From the human T2T-CHM13v2.0 reference genome, Homo sapiens, in assembly GCF_009914755.1 (NCBI RefSeq), contig NC_060927.1: 64,000 bases of DNA. One strand, 5' to 3'. A program made the translations under genes and the position numbers. Positions 53,662 through 64,000 of the stretch are shown piece by piece. Every line of letters starts with the position of its first letter. Position 1 is the stretch's first letter. The notes below the pieces were generated by a model. The model had not been told where the DNA came from. It did no database searches and saw only the letters and a list, made by a program, of their open reading frames with translations.

Positions 53662-54929
53662 CCTTGTCAGTGCACAGGGAGGCATGGGAAGGTCACCACT
53701 GAAATGATGTCAGTTCTCTGGTCAAATTACCAGTTTATGTTCGGTGCCTTTTCTATAATTTTAATATATTAGCATATTGAGTTTTTTATTAAAAATAAAT
53801 TTTACTCTCATGTCCTTTGAAAGAAAATGCATATGAATCTTATTTTTGGCTGTAGTTAATTCATTTTTGATAGTTGTTTTTTGGTCCACTTTACTCTGAA
53901 TGTGCCTCATGGACTCATGTGGTGCTCTATGGGCAGGTGAGTCTAGTGACACCAATTATAGGTTGTCACTTCATATAAATAGTAACTGAAGAAACAGTGA
54001 ACTTGACAAGGACAGAGAGGAGAAAAGATGTTTGGGAGCAGGAAAAAGGTTGGCTTAATGATTGTCTACCTTCTATAATCCCAGATTAATACCAGGCTGC
54101 ATGGTTCAGAGGTGCAAGCTATCTCTTGTTTTCTGATTCTTAGGAAAAAATGCTAATGGTCTGGTTGAAAACCTAGTTCATTCATAAACTGACCTGCTGA
54201 AGGCAGGTCTGACTATCTTGAATAGACAGCAAATAGATTTGTTTGCTGGCTGTATATCAGCATTTGTAAGAGTTTCAAGTTCAATTAAATGTCAATTTAG
54301 CATGTGTTTAATATGTAGAATTTATTCCTGAATCAAACTATGCAAAAATGAAGGGCTCAGCTACTGGAATTTAAAGGCAAGTTCTTACTCTGTCAGCCCT
54401 GTGGGTTGAACATAGGTTGTAGATTAAAATGAGACCAGCAAGCATGAAGAACACCTTAACAATGGAAGGTGGTGGCCAGTGGGTTTTAGAGGCATGTTAC
54501 TGAAACCCTGGAAACTTTGTGGCCAGTGCCTAAGTACAAAATGAATCATTACCTGAGAGAGAGATCATTGTTTTAAAAACATGTAGATTGTCACTGTAGG
54601 ATCTGTAGTCTTTCCCATTAAAACGAAACAAAAAACTTCCCTGAAATCTTTCATACAAAACACCTGGAACCAAGCAAAAGGTCATCAGGGAGCATTTCTT
54701 GAACTCTCTGGCATTTCAAGGCAGTGATGTCATTCTTATTGCTTGATAAACATAACAATTCTTCAGGAGTCTTTTTCCTCCCATTTAATTTAAAAGGGAA
54801 CTATTACATAGCTGCTGTATTGTTGGGATTAAGTAATAGGGGCGTGAGGCCCTTGTATCTTTAGGATTCTTTCCCATCTCAGCTGTAGGCAGACACTTTT
54901 GGGACAAAGCCATCAGTAAGCATCAGTAA

Positions 54930-55650
54930 GTCATTTCGCATTACTATAAAGAAATAATATATTCATATATTGCCAAGTAAAGCTTGAGAAGTCAATGCAC
55001 TACCATTCTCTTAAGAATTATCGTAAGAAATTTCAAAGGCGCATTTTTAAGAGTGGGGCAATCTCCCATGCAGTCAGCATCCACAGAAACTCATTGGTTA
55101 GCAGTTTGGAGTTTTTCCTTCCGGTATAATTTACATGCATATAGGGATATATTTTTATTTTATAAAATTAAGATCATACTGAATTTAAGGACATATATCT
55201 TACATTTTCACACATCTTATAATTTACTATGTCACTAAATATTCTTAGAGAACTTGAAAGTATTCTATTATATGGAGCTCCCAGAATTTATTAACATACT
55301 GCTTTTGTTAAATGATAGTTATCTGCTGTTTTTTACTTTTATAAAAGTGATGATCATCCTTGCACATTAGATTAATATTTGTGAATTTTTAGGGTAAATC
55401 ACTGTAAGTAAAACTATTGGGTTAAATATATACATTTTTAATAAACATTGCCAGAATACTTCCAAAAAGCTGATTCCAATTTGTAATTCCTGTAGAAGTA
55501 CATGAGAGTATCTATTTCAATGTAGTCTACTGACACTGTTACTGTTAAAAATATTTCCTAGATTCTTAGATAAAACATGGTATCTTATTTTAATTTGTAT
55601 ATCTTTGATTACCTGAGAAATTGAACTTTTCCATATATTTGTTACTTGTA
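54930..55650 (-). mobile_element. L1ME fragment
   Basis: aacattgccagaatacttccaaaa...catggtatcttattttaatttgtatatctttgattac. Confidence 0.55.
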
Positions 55651-56092
55651 TTTATTATTGTCCTGGCTTTTTCTGTACTCTAGATCCTCTTTACAGGGAT
55701 CTTCTGTTCAGGTAGGCTTCCCCAGTGAGTGTGAATTATGGGGCAATAATAGATTGTAACTAACCACAAACCAGGCCAAGGGACAGCTATTCTTATGGAC
55801 TTGTTGACTAGATCAGTGGCTTTTATGTCTACTTAATGCACATCTGTCATAACTTTCTGTTTCTTATTTATTCTTCCCCTGACATTTATTGATTATGATG
55901 CATAATATGGTTTAGTAAGCTGCTAAGGAAACCATGTGATGGGTGGGATAATTTTTCTTATCAGGAATTTACAAATTAATTAGTATCATACTTGAAAACT
56001 TTGCATTTGTCATTAAAGAAGTTAAATACCACTCTACTTATTCACCAGCTACTTATTCAAATACTTTGGCCTAGGGAAGACTGTGAGAGGTT

Positions 56093-56225
56093 ATCAAGTT
56101 CATTTTTCTGCCATTAGGCAAAACCTAATCAAACGAGGCTAGAAGAGGCAGTAGAGAAATGTAAAGTATTGCCTCTCCCAGCCTCATTTGATTAGGCTTT
56201 GACTAAAGGCAGAAAATGAACTGAT
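56093..56225. repeat. Long inverted repeat/hairpin (56-nt and 55-nt arms, 13-nt loop)
   Basis: Arms 56098-56153 and 56167-56221 are complementary at 48 of 56 aligned columns by manual alignment. Confidence 0.9.
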
Positions 56226-57290
56226 GAAGAAATATTTCTCTGATTTGAGAGACTTCTTATAAAAAAAAAACAAAACCCAAACCATCATGGTAGCATAAGA
56301 GCATGAATGTATCATGATTGTTTTGAGCCTCTCAGAGAAAACGCATTATTTGGTATCTACTCTTGCTAATCATCAACTAGTTTGTCCCTGTCTAATAAGA
56401 TGCTGAGTCTATAAAGTATGATGACTTCAGTAGTACTTGGAGCTTCCAAATTGCAAGGCATGTCTTGGGAGGAAGACGACAGCTTTTCCTCTTCTGCTAA
56501 ACTGAGGCACTCTTCTCTGATACCTATTGAAATGGTAGAGATGGTAGTCAAGAGGAAACAACCCATCATTTGAGCCTTGATTTTATAAACAGTTTAGTAA
56601 TACATAGAAGTCAACTTCATTCCAGATACAGCCTGACAAGGAACCAGCTATGTAAAAGATAGCAGATGTCTAGAACTTTCTTCTACATTGATTAGTTGGT
56701 ATACCCAGAGTGATGTGAAACATCTCCAGTGTTTCCCAAACTCCAGGGTCTAATATTTTCTCCTAACCTCTTTTACCCAAGTCATATTTAAAAGTTTTCT
56801 TTCTGTCAAATTTTAAATTTATAATTTTTTAGTTGGACAGTTTTAAGCATGTTAAAATATTATAATAACTCACTTTTAGACTTTTAGAATTTTTTTTATT
56901 CCTTGTAACTTTACAGCTGACACAATGGCCATTATTATTACTTTGATTTTTAACCCTGTTTTTAGAAGACATGGTTTTTACGTAGTGTGATCGTAGGTTG
57001 TACTCTGTATTGTAACTCAGATTTTTTTCACTTAAGATTAAATCCTAAAATATTTTCCTAATTCATGGTATAGTCTTGATAATGTTAATAGCAGCAAAAT
57101 CATTTTCCATTAAGTGAACATAACTCCTTAACCATTGCCTATTGTGGGACATGTCCATAGCTTCTAATTCATTGTATTCAGTGTTCCTTGAAGCTATATT
57201 TATATTATAATACATTCATTCATAGAGGCATCAAGTATTTAAAAGTGAAGAGCCGATTTAAGTAGAAGGAAACAGAACAAAGCTGTGTAA

Positions 57291-57693
<403 letters not shown>

Positions 57694-58729
57694 TAGGTAA
57701 GGATTTGAAAAGTTAGAACTGAAGTCCCACTTGGGTGGGGAGCTGGAACTGATGCTGTTTGCAGTTAGAACTCTTGGGACACCACACTCTTGGTAAGGGC
57801 AGTAGGAGCTTCCTCCCACCTGGCTTGTTCCTCAGGCCTGAGGTGTGCAAACAGAAAGTCCAGAGGAAGATTTGCTTCTAGGACTGGTTCTCCATCTTTG
57901 TTATGTATATGGTCTTGGCCAAGTCACTGTATTTCTCTGGGCTAGTTCCATCTTCCATAAAAATAGAAGCATTACATCAGATCTAAAATGCTTGGCAATA
58001 TTCTCACTTCTGTGACTTGTAGACAGTCTATCAGCTCAAAACTGCTCTGAGTGGTCTGGAATTATGGGGAATTAATATGACTTACTGGGTGGAAGAAACT
58101 TAATTCTGATGGGGACGGAGATGGACAGAAGGCTCCAACATTTAATGTTGCTTTAAAACATTTTTATGCCTTTCTTGATATTTCATTTTTACTGTTAGGT
58201 CAGTATATCTTTCTGAATTAGAAATCTAGCTATAAGTAGAGATGGTTTTCATTCATTGAAAGCACAAATGATGTCTTTGTGGATGGCTGCAACTTTTCTG
58301 CTTATTCAACCCCCGGCCACCTAGGAACCTGCCACTTGCATTTATAACATCAGTCATGACAGTTAGGTGTGTTGACATGTGAAGCAGACACCTGGGTAGA
58401 TTAACAAGGCCTGAGGAACTTGAGTTGTTACAGTTAATAGGTCAGCTGTTGTATAGATAGTAATATTATAGCCAAAGTTTCCGGTTTAGTCCTTGTTTCC
58501 AAAGGAAATTCCTCTCATGGTGTGAAGATATGCAGGTCTGTTTCTTAACCCTCTCAGTACCTGTGTCCCTTCTGATGAACCTCAATGTGAGTCATTCTTT
58601 CTTTCTCCCCTTCCCACCTCCCACCCCACCCCCCACCCCCCCCACACACACGAGATGCTGCTGACCAGGTTGATAACCCTTGATACAAATGGAAGGAATA
58701 CTAGATTCATTCATTTCAGGGCTACTCAA

Positions 58730-58850
58730 CTGTAGTTTCAGATCAACCCCTTACCAGCCCCGTGGCCTTGGATAAGTTAGCAAATCCCTCTGTTTTCTCT
58801 TCTAAAAAATGAGGACTTAGGTCACAGAATCTTCAAGAATCACAAAATTA
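58730..58850 (+). mobile_element. MIR
   Basis: cttaccagccccgtggccttggataagttagcaaatccctctg...aaaaatgagg. Confidence 0.55.
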
Positions 58851-59149
58851 TACTTTCAGAAGAGTAAGACCTGACGCATAAATAAATACATGCCTGGCCC
58901 CAGGCATACCGATAAAACAAGACATGCTGTTTGTTTGTGGAACTTTCTTGTCTCTTGTCCCTTTCTGCACACCTCATCATTTGTTCTCGCTCCCTCCATA
59001 TCGCCAGCATATGGCACCCAGTAGACTTCTTCTGCTGCCACTGCTGGCCTGGCCCCTTGCAGGGATAGTTAGCAGTTTCTCAGCCACCTTTTCCACTTGT
59101 CTTGTTTGTATTCTAGCCATCCTTCAACACGCAGGTTAAATGGCTTCTC

Positions 59150-59400
59150 CATTAAGCCACATAGATCCCCTCATCTAGCCTTAATCTCTTCCACCTACTA
59201 ACTTCCATAACACTTTATCTTGTTTTTTTTTTAATTCAGGGTATTTATTACTTCCTCTTTTGTGGATACAAATATTTCCTCTACTGGATTGTAGTTCCTC
59301 TGAGGGTTTAATTTGTATCCCAATGCCTGGTATATTTGTTGAATGAGTGAACAAATGAATGAGTGGGGAGTTAGTAAGTGACTAAGTGAATTAATTAATT
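59150..59400 (+). mobile_element. L2 3' end
   Basis: ctactggattgtagttcctctgaggg...tgcctgg...tatttgttgaatgagtgaacaaatgaatga. Confidence 0.65.
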
Positions 59401-59764
59401 GTATTCCCACTCAGTACTATGCCATTCACTAGTAGACCCTCAAAGTTCTGTTTTTCTTATCATTCCCTTAGGCCCTCTTTAGATAACTAGCTTCTTAATT
59501 TCTGGTTAATTAATGAAGAGATTGTTAATGGCTGATATACTGATACGTTGCTGCTTAAAAATTTGTGTCTTAATAGCAGATCCAAAGAGATGACTCTTTA
59601 GTTCACATAATGGAGTATAAGAGGATTATGAGATGTGTGGATGTAGTCAGGGATGGGGAGGTTCCATCTACCAAAGGTGATGGTCTCAGCCTGTGTAGAA
59701 AGCTTGTCCAAGTTACATGTATTAACTTTTAATTTATAATGCAAAACAAAAATTCTCCATAGTA

Positions 59765-60299
59765 CAGCAAGCCCCAGCCTTTTTGGCACCAGGAACTGGT
59801 TTCATGGAAGACAGCTTTTCCATGGACTTGAGGGGTGGATGGTTTCACGATGATTCAAGCACATTACATGTATTGTGTACTTTATTTCTATTATTGTTAC
59901 ATTGTAATATATAATGAAATATTATAGTTATATAACTCACCATCATGTAGACTTGGTGGGAGCCCTGAGCTTGTTTTTCTGCAACTAGATGGTCTCATCT
60001 GGGGTTGATGGGAGACAGTGACAGATCATCAGGCATTAGATTCTCATAAGGAGGATGCAACCTAGATCCCTTGCATGCACAATTCACAATAGGGTTTGTG
60101 CTTCTATGAGAATCTAATGTTGCCACTGATCCGACAGGCGGTGGAGCTCAGGTGATAATGAGAGTGATGGGGAGCAGCTGTAAGTACAGATGAAGTTTTG
60201 CTTGTTCGCTCACCCGATGCTCACCTCCTACTGTGTGGCCCAGTTCCTGGCTGTCCACAGACCAGTATCAGTCCATGGCCTAGGGGTTTGGGACCCCTG
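59765..60299. mobile_element. MER1A (hAT-Charlie), full length with 8-bp TSD
   Basis: ctttttggcaccagg...ttagattctcataagga...ggacccctg; TSD ccatagta 59757-59764 / ccatagaa 60300-60307. Confidence 0.95.
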
Positions 60300-60487
60300 C
60301 CATAGAACACTTAATAATTGTGGCAAAGTTGACAGCTGCCATCTCTTTGTTGCCTCGCAAATATTCTTTCCATTCAACAGCAGCGTTTTAATTTTTGCTG
60401 TGTGGACCATCAATCTGTAAGCTGCACTCAAGGAAAAAGACTGAGGCTCTCCTAAAAAATGATAATTGGGTCATCTTGATGTCTTAG

Positions 60488-60858
<371 letters not shown>

Positions 60859-62476
60859 TAGTTGTGGTATTTTAAAGTGAGACATGGAGATGAGAGAGAC
60901 TCATAGGATGTCTCTACTAATTGATCAGCACAGGCTTTCTTGTCTCTTCAGATTATATGCTGAATGGCCTCACCTCATCCAAACACACAATGCTGACGCC
61001 TCTGCCTCCCCTACCACCATGCACTGTGCCTTTCCTATAATATGTATTAAAATAGATGACAGATGGTAAAGAGCAAAGCCGATTCTGTAAGCCTTGTTTT
61101 GTGGGTGCTTGATCTTTTATTTCAGTCACTGTGCAGTTTTCTGTGGATTATGTTTCTCATATTCTAGAAGACCAAGTATATCTAAATAATTTGGTATAAT
61201 ACGCAACAGAAGACTGTGGGTGAACTGACACTGAATAAATGATTTACTTTGAGAGAATGGAGTTTTACAAATATGACAGCCAAGGAACCAGGGCAACAGT
61301 TAACTTGAGCAGTTGGCCCCAAGAGGAAATGTCTTGGTGTCCTGGCAGAAGAGAGCCAGTTGTCTGTGTTAGTACCACAACTATCTCCTACTTCTTTTCT
61401 CTTCTGTCCGCACCCTTGCATGTCACGGGAAGGACTAAAACATGGTTAGATTGGCCATTCCAAATAATGTTGTTAAGTTCTGTAGAGGCCATGACCTGGG
61501 TCATTGTAGAAACAGCAGTCTTTAATCTGTTTCCAGAATGCAGTGTGCTTAGATAAGCAGTCTACTCAAGGTTAATATCTCTGCATCTGTGGTGTTTGGT
61601 ATTTAAAGAATCAATTTAAACACCTTTTATTCAAAGAAAAATCTTAATGTTCTTTGGAGGTTAATGAATTTCAAGTATACTTGGGATTTAAGGAGTAGAC
61701 AAAAAGAAGTAGATTTTTCATGGCTTAGATGTCTGGTGATGAAAACATAACTGCTTTCTAATGTTTTAATGTTCTTCCTGTGGTAATTCCAGAATGCATT
61801 CATTGTGGTTCTGTGTCATTAAGTACTGGCACAAAGGAGTTGTTGATAATAACCCAACCTGGGCACGTTTCCCAGCCTATAAGTTGATTTACAGTTACAG
61901 ATTCTCTGCATGTTCATCACTCCCTAACCCCACAGACTATCATTTTTGAAGGAACTAGAAAAATAACATTAATGGCATTTGAAAGGATAACATTAGAAAA
62001 TTATCTGTTATTATAGTAATATCTGTTATATTGACTACTACCTATTTTATTGTTCTACTGTCTGAATGTTAGACTTTCATGTAGAATTCATTTGTAGTTT
62101 GGCTTGGTTTAATTTTTATCCAGAGAGACATAGAAATGTGGTTTACTGTTACTTTTGAGGATGAGGTCTATTAGTAAAGAACTATGTGGCCCATTATAAC
62201 CCATTACTGTCTATGTGGATCCTGCAATACACTCCTCCATCACTTTACATGAAGAACTAACAGTAGAATGCAAAATGTAGGAAAATTTGCTTTAGGTTTT
62301 ACACCTCAGCCTTCTAAGTTTCAGTTTGGTTCAGTCTGAGAAAGGCCTAGTAAATCAAGGAAAGAGAAGGGCTGCCTTGTGAGGCGGTATTACAAAAATG
62401 AGAATTGCTCAGCCTGGATGGATACTCACCAATAGGATACATTACCTAAATCCAAAAGAGGACAGGTGTAGCAGCT

Positions 62477-62831
62477 TGTATTAGTTCTTTTTCACACTGC
62501 TGATAAAGGCATACCCAAAACTGGGAACAAAAAGAGGTTTAAATGGACTTACAGTTTCACATGGCTGGGGAGGCCTCAGAAACATGGTGAGAGGCAAAAG
62601 GCACTTCTTACATGGCAGCGGCAAGAGAAAAATGAGGAAGAAGCAAAAGTGGAAACCCCAGATAAACCAATCAGATCTTGTGAGACTTATTCACTGTCAT
62701 GAGAATAATTCAAGAAAGTCCGGCCCCCTTGACTCAATTACCTCACCCGGGGTCCCTCCCACAACACATGGGAATTCTGGGAGACAAAATTCAAGTTCAG
62801 ATGTGGGTGGGGACACAGTCAAACCATATCA
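62477..62831 (-). mobile_element. THE1A-like LTR (3' LTR of an antisense provirus)
   Basis: tgtattag...ctgctgataaaggcataccc...gaggaagaagcaaaag...aaaccatatca; the adjacent ttttgcccttggcccctc is the polypurine tract on the minus strand. Confidence 0.93.
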
Positions 62832-64000
62832 TTTTGCCCTTGGCCCCTCTAAATCTCATGGCCTCACATTTCAAAACCAATTATGCCTTCCGAACAGTCC
62901 CCCAAAGTCTTAACTCATTTCAGCATTAACCCAAAAGTCCACAGTCCAAAGTCTCATCTGAGACAAGGCAAGTCCCTTCTACCTATGAGCCTGTAAAATC
63001 AAAAGCAGGCTAGTTACTTCCTAGATACAATGGGGGTACAGGTATTGGGTAAATATAGCCATTCCAAATGGGAGAAATTGGCCAAAACAAAGGGGTTACA
63101 GGGTCCATGCAAGTCTGAAATCCAGTGGGGCAGTCAAATTTTAAAGCTCCAAAACGATCTCCTTTGACTCCAGGTCTCGCTGATGCAAAAGGTGGGTTCC
63201 CATGGTCTTGGGCAGCTCTGCTTCTGTGGCTTTGCAGGGTACAGCCTGCCTCCTGGATGCTTTCACGGGCTGGCGTTGAGTGCGGCTTTTCCAGGCACAC
63301 AGTGCAAGCTGTCAGTGGATCTACCATTCTGGGGTCTGGAGGATGGTGGCCCTCTTCTCACAGCTCCACTAGGTCACTGCCTACAGTAGGGACTCTGTGT
63401 GGGGGCTGTGACCCCACATTTCCCTTCAGCACTGCCGTAGCAAAGGTTCTCCATGAGGGCCCCACCCCTGCAGCAAACTTTTGCCTGAGCATTTAGGCGT
63501 TTCCATTCATCTTCTGAAATCTAGGCAGAGGTTCCCAAACCTTAATTCTTGACTTCAGTGCACCTGCAGGCTCAACACCACATGGAAGCTGCCAAGGCTT
63601 AGGGAATCCACCCTCTGAAGCCACAGCCTGAGTTCTGCGTTGGCTCCTTTCAGCCATGGCTGGAGCAGCTGAGACACAGGTCACCAAGTTCCTAGGCTGC
63701 ACGCAGCATGGGGACCCTGGGCCTGACCCACAAAACCACTTTTTCCTCCTGGGCTTCCAGGCCTGTGATGGGAGGGGCTGCCGTGAAGGTCTCTGACATG
63801 GTCTGGAGACATTTTCCCCGTGGTCTTGGGGATTAACATTAGGCTCCTTGCTACTTATGCAAATTCTGGCAGCCAGCTTGAATTTCTTCTCAAAAAAATG
63901 GGTTTTTCTTTTCTACTGCATCATCAGGCTGTAAATTTTCTGAACTTTTATGCTCCGTTTCCCTTTTAAAACAGAATGCTCTTAATAGCACCCAAGTCAC
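62832..64000 (-). mobile_element. THE1 internal region (continues past window end)
   Basis: cccccaaagtcttaactcatttcagcattaac...gagacaaggcaagtcccttc...ggcagtcaaattttaaagctccaaa. Confidence 0.93.

Noticed and set aside
54911-54930. 10-bp tandem duplication catcagtaag
   Set aside because: Ordinary slippage event
62584-63702. ORFs near the window end
   Set aside because: THE1 LTR and internal translations, frameshifted

Overview
This is primate (very likely human) genomic DNA, judged from AluJ/S/Y, THE1, MER and L1 content. I can support no protein-coding exon, RNA gene or CRISPR array. The window holds a CpG-island promoter (~2.55-3.45 kb), a short GC-rich first exon ending at a strong donor (2843), a 119-nt second exon (10310-10428) with six ATGs, and then more than 53 kb of repeat-rich intron. 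From memory, exon 2 matches the 5'UTR of TMEM108 (retrolinkin, chr3q22), whose coding exons lie far downstream; this needs BLAT confirmation. The supplied ORFs look like artefacts of repeats, GC-rich DNA or chance. The most unusual structures are a ~130-nt long-stem hairpin I cannot assign to a repeat family (56.1 kb), an LTR bracketed by splice sites that its own target-site duplication supplies (43.75-44.11 kb), a uORF-dense exon 2 with two donors, a candidate spliced divergent lncRNA, and several fold-back or templated-insertion scars. Repeat boundaries and subfamilies were read by eye and are approximate.
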